From Eledone cirrhosa (Eukaryota), in assembly GCA_964016885.1 (NCBI GenBank), contig OZ024741.1:2108001-2172000 (forward strand): a stretch of 64,000 nucleotides of DNA, written 5' to 3'. Shown here piece by piece: positions 1 through 11,475 of this stretch. The notes beneath the pieces are model-generated. The model worked only from the letters and a program-made list of their open reading frames with translations. It was not told where the DNA came from and did not search any database. Position numbers and translations under genes: made by a program. The stretch's first letter is position 1. The number at the start of each line of letters is the position of its first letter.

Positions 1-227
1 GTGTGTGTGTGTGTGTGAGTGTGTGTGTGTAAATTTTAAAAAAGCTTTAAAGCCATACGATGAGTTGTTGTTTGGCCCCTGCCAACTCATCTCCGACTGG
101 TCCTTTAAAACCCTCACACGGATCCGCCCTTCTAATCAAATTTGGTAAAATTCTATCTTTAATATTTTAATATTTTAATGCACTTTATTGTCTTATTACA
201 GCATTTCAACGTCGACCATAACGATTT

Positions 228-400
228 CTAGTATAGACACAAGGCCAGTAATTTGTTTTGGGGGGAGGCGATTAAATCGACCTCAGTACATTACTGGTGC
301 TTTATTTTATCGACCTTGTAAGGATGAAAGGTAGAGTTAACCTCGGTAGGATTTGAACTCAGATCATAAAGGACCATAACTCTATGCTGCCTAGCATGGT
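228..400 (-). mobile_element. tRNA-derived SINE (main family in this window)
   Basis: Reverse complement has a B-box (GAGTTCAAATCC), a central CCTTTCATCCTTAC..GGTCGATAAAATAAAG.ACCAG block and a CTGGCCTTGTG..TAGAAA tail, shared with many other copies here. Confidence 0.8.
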
Positions 401-525
401 GTCGAAACGGCTTGAGCTCTGCTGTCGGGGTTCTGACTCCTTTCCTATTACCCATTCTACTACCCAAAGTATCGAGTACTCTGGTGCGTTATGGTCCACT
501 TGGTTCTTTACCACACTTCCTTTGT

Positions 526-527
<2 letters not shown>
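401..527 (+). mobile_element. PLE pseudo-LTR tail fragment (family A) ending in (TA)n
   Basis: The same ~130-200 bp sequence recurs at 6673-7078, 27518-27597, 30492-30690, 45787-45891 and 51653-51877, always next to (TA)n. It carries GAAACGGC...GCYGTC, a hammerhead stem III plus GUC. Confidence 0.65.
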
Positions 528-557
<30 letters not shown>

Positions 558-579
558 TATATATATATTAGATATACAA

Positions 580-683
<104 letters not shown>

Positions 684-828
684 ATCTCTAATATAGAAAT
701 GGCTTCTACGGAACTCGAAGGAATGAAACAGCTCTAGTCATGTAGAAGCTCTTCTATATTAAATATTTATACTCTGCTATGTATTGAGTACCTTACTTAC
801 TGTGGTTACCAGCGATTGAACCCGGGAT

Positions 829-860
<32 letters not shown>

Positions 861-869
861 GTATACACT

Positions 870-2660
870 TTATAATTTCACAAAGTTTTACCAATAGAGA
901 GAGAGAGTCGGTTTCTAACATAGACACAAGACTCTCTCATTGGAATTTACACAACATCAACTAGGTAGATATGTATGTCTGCATGTGTAGATATAGATGT
1001 TATTGTATGTGTAGATGTGTATGCTTTGAGTTGTATGTGTGCATGTGTATATGCTTTGCATCTGTACATGTGTATATGCAGTTATTAGATGCAAAATGTT
1101 TGGAATGTTTTACATAAATTTATTGTTCCATTAATGGATTGTACTTATAATTTCCTAACTAGTTCTTCTCAAGATTTGTATTGAGGCAGTTACTAACATA
1201 CCCCAGTGCCCCAATAATCACAGGCATAAATCTGAAGGTGTAATCAGGATGGAGTATCTGCAGATTTCTCATCAGTTCTGCATAAATATTCTTTTCACTA
1301 ATCTTTGATATTATATTGGCATCTGCTGGGCAGCTAATTCCCACTACTGTGCATGCTTTCTTCTCCCTGTCCCATATCATAATATCTGGTCTGTTATGCC
1401 TGTATTTTATTGGGGTTTTTACTGGAACATTCCACCAGTACTCTTTCATATTATGTACATGGATGTCTTCCACATTGCTGTAGCTTTTAATGTGTATATT
1501 ATCGGGCTATCTTTTTTACGAACTGCATTGTACAGTGTTTTGGCCACTACATTATGCCTCTTAGGTAGATAGTACCGCGATGACATCTTTGGACAGCTGC
1601 TGATGACATGGGTGATATCCTCGATGTTAGTTCTGCAGAGTCTACACTTGTTATCCCATCTAGGTGTTTTGCCTGCATCCCTATCTCTTTTGTGAATCAG
1701 GTATTTCGTGTTAATCTCCTGTTCTTGGATTGCAAAAGCGTATCCTTCAAAGTGGGAGCCAATACAGCGATTGTTGGTTCAAGATAGACTACTTTCCTTA
1801 TCTATATTACTCTCACTCTGGAGCTTCTTGGCAACATATCCATGCATGATTTTTTGCTGATAAGTATGCAGTTTTTCATCCATGGATTCACTGCGATACT
1901 GCTGAGCGACTTCCCTGGGTGTGAGTTTTTGATTATAACACAGGGAATATCTCTCGATGAGTTCCTTCCCAACTCTCATGATCTTATCTGTTTCATGCGG
2001 ATAGACTTGCTCGAGAAACGGGCTCCTACGCTTTGAGGTTCGTAGATGTTGTCGGAGAGATATGATGCGACATTCAAATGTTGTCTGGACTTATGTTAGG
2101 CTTCTGCCTCCCTGCTTACGTTTCAAGTAAAGGCGGTCTATGTCACTGTTGATGTGGAAGTTTCCAGTGTTGTTCAGTATTTTTCGAGTTCCACCATCAA
2201 CTGCTCGGATTTCGTCTATCGTCCAATTGAGTATTCCAAACGTTGGTGTTAGGACAGGCACAGCAAACACACTGTGAGCCACTGTTTTGTTTTGCGCAGA
2301 GTGTTCCAATGACAAGATCTTTCTTAATCGGGTGTAGTATTCCCTGGTTACGCGTTCTTTATTACAGATACCATTATAGGATATGTTCTCATCTATCCCC
2401 AGGTATCTGTAGCAGTCCTCATCAGATATCGGTGAAACAGTTAGGCCATTGATGACAATGTTGCTAGATTGGGTTGTTGTTTTTCCCCGCTTTACAGTCA
2501 TGTATGAGCATTTATCTTGGCCAAGCTCCATTCCTATATCCTTTGAGAACGTTGTAACCAGGTCAATATTTTTCTTCATCCCATCCATATTCTTGGCATA
2601 GAGTTTCAGATCGTCCACAAAGAAATTATGGGTTAGGTTCGTATTTCTGTCCTCCTGTTA
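870..2660 (-). mobile_element. 5'-truncated, decayed R4/Dong-clade non-LTR retrotransposon (RT C-terminus, CCHC finger, restriction-like endonuclease)
   Basis: Contains [79 protein letters not shown] and PVIIGALG. The frame is broken by stops and frameshifts, and a 3' UTR runs to about 870. Confidence 0.88.
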
Positions 2661-2662
2661 GC

Positions 2663-2693
<31 letters not shown>

Positions 2694-2762
2694 TGTATGT
2701 ATGTATGTATGTATGTATGTATGTATGTATGTATGTATGTATGTATGTATGTATGTATGTCA

Positions 2763-3360
2763 TGTCACCAGTTGGTGCTACTGGTAACATGTATCCCAGT
2801 ACAACCTGTCTCATGGTCGGGTCGTTGGCGACTAAACTGGCAACCCCACCAAGTTTTATTGGTGAGGAGGGTGACTTTGGGCATCCTGCAGGACTAAAAA
2901 CAAAACCTGTCAAAGGGCAAAGGAGCTCTTAAGAGTCAATGGCCATCCAAAATCACCGGAAGAGATGACCCCTTAGCCTTTGTCAAGACAGAATTCTAGG
3001 AGAAGGAAAACTCTGATATAATACCTGCAGCCCTGATGGTATCCAATGATGTTGACTTGTTCTTCTTTTTGGTAAATATCATCTTAGTTAAGAGAGTGGG
3101 ACTGGCTTTGTGCAGTGCCTTTGTTCACTATAAAAGCTTCACATAAAAGCTTTATATCTGGAGATCTCTCTGCACTTGTCGTCACATGGTACCATGGGCG
3201 CAGCACTATGTGTTAATAATTGTCACAAGTATAGTGTTTGTACCAGAGTTTTCAAGTCGCTGGCTGGACTAAAAAGTCACACTCGTTCAGCGCATCGGTA
3301 GGGGTTCTCCTACATGGATATAAAGTAGTGGCCGTACTCGAAAACGAGTTGGCAGCCACC
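2763..3360 (+). mobile_element. Non-autonomous retroposon-like insert within an (ATGT)n microsatellite
   Basis: A 600-bp unique block is bounded on both sides by (TATG)n. It has a GGAGAAGGAAAACTCTGA motif resembling LINE 5' UTRs. Its 3' end TGGCCRTACTCGAWAACGAG..GGCAGCCAYC recurs at about 4095-4126 and 29374-29406, each followed by a microsatellite. Confidence 0.55.
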
Positions 3361-3411
3361 ATGTATGTATGTATGTATGTATGTATGTATGTATGTATGT
3401 ATGTATGTATG

Positions 3412-3442
<31 letters not shown>

Positions 3443-4650
3443 TTACATATACATATAAGTATTTATGTATGCACAGCCAATACCTAGTATTTAGTGCTAC
3501 TAACTATTCCCCATTCTCCCAAATAAAACAATTACAAATTTCAATTCCTAATAATTCTTACTCTGCCCACACTAAAATTATTAAGCCAGCACCTTCCACT
3601 ATACAGACCACACTCCCAATCACGTGACAAGTCATAACACCACGTGACAAGTCCCACGTGACGCTCTTCAACAAACCTTTTTAAAGACTTATTTCTACAT
3701 TCTATTTAATTAAACACACCTGCATAGAACTGATCCTTTCAGTTTAAAAAATGCCCCATAAGTGGCTGCCTAGTTGGTTGAATGGCAAGGCCAGCCTTCT
3801 ATGATTGTCTGCCTGTCTGCCTGGCTGTCTGCATGTCTGCCTATCTATCTGTCTGTCTGCCTATCTATCTGTCTGTCTGCCTCTCTGTCTGTATGCATGT
3901 CTGTATGTCTGCATGTCTGTATGCATGTATGTATGTTTATATGTATGTCGATACTTTGGTCAGGCGTGCTGCTTCATCCTACCTATATTCCTGTTGGTGC
4001 GTGTGGGGTGCTCTGTGGCTGTATGTATTCCTCAGGAGCCCATTACAAGGAGGCACTACAGCTTGAAGAAAGTGAAGGAAGAGGACGCAAAAGGTGGTCA
4101 CACTCGATAACGAGTTGACAGCCATCATATATATATGTGTGTGTGTGTGTATGATGAACGTTTTCAGTTGATATGACATATCATCAGTGAGATGCTGGAG
4201 GCTTCTCTATGATAAATCATCTGGGAGTAGAGGTGTGATGGAACCATCATCACGTTCCTCACTTCTTTAAATAAACAATGAATCAACTGAGATACCCTAA
4301 AGGTGCGAGATTGTAACAGAAAATAACGAAGCTAGTATCCATAGCTAAGTGTCAGCTTTATTAGAGGACAACCCTGTCATTTGAAGACAACAGATTGCTG
4401 CCCCAAGACTTCATCTGATTGTAATGGATTAAAGACAAGGTATAAACTGATTTCCGGCTGCCTGGTCCCTGGGAGAGGTGAGTAGAGAAAATGAAACTAA
4501 GGGGAGTTATTATTAATTATGTCTTACCACATAATAAAGTTAAGCTAACTGGAAAAGTAGAGATATTAGACCAGATTTAATGTCCGCTTATTAACAGCAC
4601 CTCATTTTGAAGTAGCAGCTTTCTGATGATTGTGTGATATATATATATGA

Positions 4651-5657
4651 CTAGCTGAATTACCCGGCGTTACCCGGGTTACTGCTGTTCTTATTCAGAT
4701 TAGTAAACAATAAATATGAAGATATGTTTTTTTTCTCATAATCATTTCAAAATATCTATATTTTATTTACAAAAATATCAAAATTGTAATAATAGAATTT
4801 AGAAATGAAAATCTGTCAATCCTGAAGCATCTCAGGTTAAACAATATTCATTGTGTAATTTTTTCTTGGTGTCCAAATGAATAAATTGTTGCTACACACT
4901 CACGCATATACACTCTCACATACATATACTAAAACAGACACACACAGACATACATTCATGCAGACACACGCATAGCTTTTCACCTCATTTTTGGTCAGTT
5001 GCTACATATGTGTAGATGTGTGTGTACATTACGTACCTAATGAACACGCACACACACAGACACATACACACACCCTCACATACACATACATATACAAAAT
5101 GTGACAAATACATACACTGACACATACATACACTCTCACACACACTCACAGACACATGCATATTCAAATACAAAATGTGATGCTTTCTATTGTTTTAATG
5201 TAAATGAAAATTAAAATTATCACATACACATACACTTACACAGACACTCACATATATATACTAAGACAGACACAAACATACATACATTCACGCACGTCTG
5301 TCTATCATCACATTTCTATCTGTATGTGTAGATGAGTGTGTGTGTGTTTAATTGTCTGTGTGTGAAGATAATGTGTATGCAACTTACGTAGTAACGAACT
5401 CGCAAACACACTCACAGACACATACACATACACACTCATATACAAAATGTGACTCGTGGGGGGGGGGGGGGTGTTTACTATAGTTCACTATAGAAGTTTT
5501 ATTTTAGATAAAATATATTTTTTTAATCCAAATGAAAATAAAAATTACATGTTGACACTCCTGGGGTCCAATACTATTACCTTGTAAAATCTAATTTGAT
5601 TTGGTCCAGCCGTTTGAGAATGTACAGGAGACAAAGAATTTTATATATAGAGAGAGA
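4651..5657 (-). mobile_element. Non-autonomous Helitron
   Basis: On the minus strand it begins 5'-TC(TC)TATATATAAAA, has a subterminal hairpin CCCGGGTAACGCCGGG and ends in CTAG, inserted between A and T. Internal (CA)-rich repeats. Confidence 0.75.
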
Positions 5658-5809
5658 TTTAATATAGAAATGGCTTCTACGGGTCTAGAACTGTTTCATT
5701 CAAAGGAAATCATTGTCATTGTGGTATGGTGGTATTTATACATTTTCTGGTGGTTGGGAAAGGTGGTGATTAGGATGGATGGACGTCATTGGCTGATGAA
5801 TTGAGACTC

Positions 5810-5878
<69 letters not shown>

Positions 5879-6034
5879 ATTACGCTACAGTGACATGTAC
5901 AGGTACTTAAGTTTAACTCATTTAGCGTGTCATAAAAAGATAAATTGCTTCCCACCGTGGAGCTTTTATAAAGTATAGGAGAGTTCTAAGGGGGAGGTAA
6001 TCCCGAAATTATTAACGTAGATCTAATTTAACGC

Positions 6035-6420
6035 CTAGGAAGTTAACACTGGTGAGTTTAATAAAGATGGTAATTTATTGTTGAAGGTAGTAATCACAAT
6101 TTTTCTAAAATAGCTGCGGTTCTGGTTACTTTTATAGCTCGGTAGTGGCAGACCATCATCGCGATAGAGGCCTTTATAGAAGTCGGGGAATCTTTTACAT
6201 AGTGTGTCTAAGACAAAATGGCCTACCAAATCGCATATATTGGCACTGTCAAATGAACCCACCGGCACATCGAATAGGTCATTGTTAGTGGATTCTTTAT
6301 CGTCATTATTAAAGAGGGGGGGTTTCCTACGGTGGGACATTACTAACCGGTGTAACACGTATATGTTGATGAAATTGCTATCAAAATCTTAGGCCTTAAT
6401 AGAGAAATCTTTACACAGTG
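6035..6420 (-). pseudogene. Decayed Penelope-like element reverse transcriptase fragment
   Basis: LFDVPVGSFDSANICDLVGHFVL...GLYRDDGL matches the PLE RT motifs FDVxMGSxDGAExCELVG and YRDD. Confidence 0.75.
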
Positions 6421-6428
6421 TAACATTG

Positions 6429-6480
<52 letters not shown>

Positions 6481-6581
6481 CCTCTCTTTCTCTCTCTCTC
6501 TCTCTCTCTCAATCTCTCTCTCTATCGATCTATCTTTCTCTTTCTCTCTCACTGTCTTACACCATCTCTCTCTCTCTCTCA

Positions 6582-6672
<91 letters not shown>

Positions 6673-6677
<5 letters not shown>

Positions 6678-6864
6678 AAAAAGTTTGACCCGACGGCAGA
6701 GCTCAAGCCGTTTCGACGGCTATTTCTGGACTCCAGAAATAGCCGTCGAAACGGTTTGAGCTCGGCCGTCGGAGCCAAACCTTTTCCTATTACCCACTCT
6801 ACTACTCTAAGTATTGAGTACTCTGGTGCGTTATGGTCCACCTGGTTCCTTACCACACTTCCTT

Positions 6865-6895
<31 letters not shown>

Positions 6896-7240
6896 ACGAA
6901 GGAAGTGTGGTAAGGAACCAGGTGGACCATAACGCATATCATTACCACGCTAAAAATTCAATTTAGTCCAGAAATAGCCGTCGAAACGGCTTGAGTTCTG
7001 CCGTCGGGGTCCTGAACCTTTCCCTATATATATATATATATATATATATGAAAAGGTTCAGGACCCCGACGGCAGAGTCTTCATGTTGATTAGAACGACT
7101 CTCCAGCAACGGGAACAATATTTCACACTAAGTTTTCATGGTCTGTGTGCACAAAACATTTTCTGCACACAGACCATGAAAACTTAGTGTGAAATATCGT
7201 TCCCGTTGCTGGAGAGTCGTTCTAATCAACATGAAGACTC
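6673..7240. repeat. Cluster of foldback inverted repeats built from PLE tails
   Basis: Hairpin at 6673-6790 (centre 6731). Inverted pairs across (TA)n at about 6828-6935 and 6995-7078. Hairpin at 7075-7240 with ~75-bp arms. Confidence 0.85.
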
Positions 7241-7394
7241 TGCACCAACAGCTAATAATTGTGCTACTAAACATGTGATTACTTCTGACATTCACTGACA
7301 AAAACATAATGAAAACTAATCCAAAAATAAACATCATAAAATAGAAACAACAGTAACAACATTTATAATAAGAACAACAACGACACCAGCAACA

Positions 7395-7436
<42 letters not shown>

Positions 7437-7440
7437 TAAT

Positions 7441-9768
7441 GATTTCTTTATTGGCCACAAGGCCTGACATCAAGAAAAACATTACAGACGACACAGGACG
7501 GTACGATGTGGGTTTTGTGCGTGTAAATATTTTTATTATTTATATAAGAAAAGAAAAAAAGGACATAGAAACATATATATATATATAAACAGTAAAAATG
7601 AAAATTGAAACAATGAAAAATTTCCCTATAGGGGGGAAGACTACGAGGGTTACTCGTGGCGAAAACCACACAAAAGACCACGGCCACCCTGACTACCAGG
7701 GCAAGCACCCTCTCTCAATTTTTCCATCTCTCAAACTACAGACGTATATTCAGAGTGGTCCCGTTCACTCGGACAATTCTCGCTACATTCACCCACCTTT
7801 CAACAAACTTGCTAGAAAGCAGCACTTGCCTCTCCACTCTGATTTTCCTCTTCAAGTGAAACTTGAAAAAGTTAATTAGGGATTCGCCGAAGAGGAAAGT
7901 GTCTGTCTTTAACCCTTTTAACCTTGTCCACCAAACAATCTCTTTCGCCATGGCCACCAGGCAGATGAAAACCGCCTGCCCTTCCTCCTCGAAGGAAGAC
8001 GGCGAGACCATCTGCACAATGGACTCAGTCGACAACCGGATCAGTCCCACACGCGACAGCAACTGTTCGACATAGCTCCACAAGTCAGCAATGTTCGGGC
8101 ACTGAACGAGTGCGTGCAGAACGGTTTCGTCGCTCTGCGCGCATCTCGAACAGGCTCGGCTGACGGCACTTCCGTGGCTGTAGAGCTTATCTCGAATCCA
8201 CAGCGCTCCCCGGTAGCATTGCCAGGCCAGGGATTTTTGGAAGTTATCCATAGGCCCCGGGCTGAAAGTTCTCCGGAAGAGAGCAAACAGCTGATCTTCT
8301 TCGACGCCCAGGATCTCTCCGAGAATGTCGTCGCTCTTCCCCTCCACTAGTCCTCTATAGAACGCCGAGGTGGATGTTCCACCGATACTGGTGCCCAGCT
8401 GGGAGAGGGCAGTGAGCGCCTGGAGACATTCCAACTTCCAACTGCAGCTCCGTCAAGGAGACGAGCTGTGGGAAAACGTGCCTGGCGAACGGCGACCACA
8501 CTCGTTCACCATCAAGGAAGCACCACAGATGTCGCAGCCTCAGCGCATGTTTGCGCATCATCAGCCATGGCATGCCCAGTCCTCCACGCAACGGGTGTTG
8601 ACAGCAGATGGATCGTCTGACCATGGGAGCCGGTTCCTTCCACAAAAAAGCGGAAGAGGGGGGCTCCATTTTGGTGAGAGTTGGGCTGGAGCCAGGGACG
8701 ACGGTGAGGCGGTAGCAGATGACGGATGCGATGTACGCATTCGCCACCTAGCCCGGCCTTTCAGGGACAGCTTCCTCTCAGCCCATTTCTGAGTGAGGGA
8801 GGCCACCCTGCTCGTCACCTCATTCCAGTTTTTCTCTATCTGGAGGTCCGGTCCGGACCAGATCCCGAGCAATTTAACCGGTCTGTCCGTCCAACGCCCC
8901 ACGACGCTGTCGGACGGCATGGACTTGCCTCTCCAGGTGCTGAGCTGCAAGCCCACCGACGTTTCCTGGTTTATCTTTGCTCCTGTCACCGCTTCGTATT
9001 CCTTGAGAGCGGTGCCGAGCATCTGGACGTGTCTGGTGCTCGACACCACCACGGTGACGTCGTCAGCGTAAGCCGACTCGGATTTCCCGCATCCTAGTTC
9101 GCGTGTGACGCCCCTCATCGCCCCCAGTTTGTGAAGTAACGGCTCGAGAGCCAATACGTACAAGAGGGGCGAGGGGGGAGAACCCTGGCGGACTGAGCGC
9201 ATGATGCTGAACGGCTGCGACAGGTGACCGTTCACCCTCACAACTGAGCAGATGTCGCTGTACATTGCTGCGATCCAACCCCTGAAAACGGGCCCGAAAC
9301 CGGCTGCCTCGAGGACCGCCGCCAGATTCCGATGGTCGACCCTATCGAATGCTTTGGATTGATCCAAGTTGATCAGGACCCCACCCTTGCCAGGTTCCTT
9401 AACCACCCTCTCTATGATGTATCGCATGAGGTGGAGGTTGTCGTGTATGGATCTGTCCGGAATGGCGCATGTCTGCGCCACTCCCACCAGACTCTTGACG
9501 ACAAGCGCCAACCTCGTTGCTAACACCTTGGCCAAAATCTTGAACTCTGCGTTTAGCAGGGTTATGGACCTGAAATTATCGATAACATCCCCCTTATTCG
9601 GGTCTTTACTCAGCAGCGCCACTGCTCCCCGGCTCACAAAACTGGGTATGCCCCCGTTGCTGCCAGTTGCAGTAGACGTCTGCCAAGAGGTCACCGAACA
9701 AGTCTGGCATAAATGCATAAAGCTCGTAGGGCAGACCATCTAAACCTAGCGATTTACCCCTTGTGCAG
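7441..9768 (-). mobile_element. 5'-truncated Tx1-clade LINE (RT plus C-terminal zinc finger), frameshifted
   Basis: Contains GKSLGLDGLPYE, NFRSITLLNAEFKILAKVLA, LDQSKAFDRVDH, AYADDV, GGLGMP and CSRC..SDETVLHALVQCP. The 3' end is AATAAAGAAATC and both flanks are (AAT)n. Confidence 0.92.
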
Positions 9769-9770
9769 TA

Positions 9771-9805
<35 letters not shown>

Positions 9806-10607
9806 TTCTAAATCAGTCATTACGGACAGAGTGCCGTCAAACAATGTTAATGATATATAATAGCGATGTGTTTAAACATATTTCTGATTGAATCTTCTCC
9901 CGTTGAGGTCACACGGTGGTTTGTGAGAAGTTAACAGCGACTGGATAACATAATAGAATTTTAAAGAACAGTTTATATATATGTGGCGTGTGTGTGTGTG
10001 CGCGTGGGTACACACACACACACGCACACACACATTCTCTCTCTCTCTCATATATGTATACACACACACACACACGCACATACACACACACACACACACA
10101 TGTATATATATATATACATATATGGGGGAGAGAGAGAGAATGTGTGTGTGTGTGCGAGCAAACCTCTACCTGGAAAAACGGATACATAATGCAAACAAAC
10201 AAAAGCATCTAGTCTCCTCTTCAGCCAACTCTAGGCATCCAATTTTGCACACAAAAGAGAGATTGTACAACATCAATAAGTTTCATAACGAATGTGTTGC
10301 ATTTTTGCACATGTACTGTCTTTCTCTTCTCCTAAGAATTGTAAGACTTTTGTTTATATATACACTCATAATTTTTTGTCTGTTTCTATGATAATATATA
10401 GTCTCAAGCGCATTTTCCCTGCGGATGAGTCTACTTGGCCATTACGTAACCGAGATCATTAAGCGATCACACCATTACATACGAAACTGCGCGTCATGAG
10501 GTGGCTGCATAGTAGGATAGATGCTTTTGTTCGTTCGTCTTACGTACCCATTTTCCCGCGTTCAAGTCTACTATTATATCGTAACGCTACACGCTTCTTT
10601 TGATTAA

Positions 10608-10708
<101 letters not shown>

Positions 10709-10771
10709 TAGAACACTGGTGGGTTACATCCGTAGTAATAGAACACTCAGTCCATGGGACGAGTTTGGTAG

Positions 10772-10906
10772 AAGTAGTTCCACAACAGTTAATTCACCAT
10801 TTCCGAGAACAATTGTTTCACCTTAGTCGGATAATCAGCTCGATGATCCGACTAAGGTGAAACAATTGCTCCTGGCAATGGTGAATTAACTATTGTGGAA
10901 CTACTT
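10772..10906. repeat. Foldback inverted repeat (~65-bp arms) with a degenerate hammerhead core at the turn
   Basis: Arms AAGTAGTTCCACAA...TCGGAT and ATCCGA...TTGTGGAACTACTT, followed by (TA)n. Both strands read C(T)GATKATCCGACTAAGGTGAAAC. Confidence 0.75.
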
Positions 10907-10928
10907 TTATATATATATATATATATAT

Positions 10929-11215
10929 CATCCTCATCATCATCATCGTTTAACGTCCGTGTTCCATGCTTGCATGGGTTTGGACGGAGGGTTTTCCCAC
11001 TTGAGGCAAGAGTGGTTATCTTGCTCGTATAGGACTATCTGGCGGGTTTTCTACAGCTGGATGCCCTTCCTAACACCAACCACATTTACAGTGTGGGGCT
11101 GGGAGGTTTTTACCGTGTTGCCTACACGGCCACATTACAGCGTGAACTGTGTGTTTTTTTGACGTGACACCTACACGATCTCATTTGTTTCGGCCTGGAT
11201 GTTGTGGCACCAACA
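10929..11215 (-). mobile_element. Retroposon (SINE or RTE-type 3' tail) fragment ending in (GAT)n
   Basis: Minus strand reads GGTGTTAGGAAGGGCATCCAGCTGTAGAAA...GCATGGAACACGGACGTTAAACGATGATGATG, a typical RTE-mobilised tail. Confidence 0.6.
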
Positions 11216-11221
11216 TAACTT

Positions 11222-11266
<45 letters not shown>

Positions 11267-11475
11267 GTATGTATGTATGTGTATGTGTGCGTCTCTGTGT
11301 GTGTGTATGTGTGTTTGTGTCCATATAATAAAAAATATATATGCTAGCCTTTTTTGCAAATGATCTTGTTTTCTTAATCGTTACTTTAGAAAAACCTGGT
11401 ATAGGATTTGCAATAAGGATGTATTATATTTGAAGGACATTATTTTATAGATTGTCTAATAGTCTAACAATATTA

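Noticed and set aside
2763-2880. HDV-like or twister ribozyme at the 5' end of the insert
   Set aside because: Partial helices are visible, but I could not complete either pseudoknot by hand.
10418-10500. Hammerhead-like CGGATGAGT...ACGAAAC..GTC
   Set aside because: Core U4 is mutated and stem I is unpaired. It is probably a dead PLE tail and is not called as an RNA gene.
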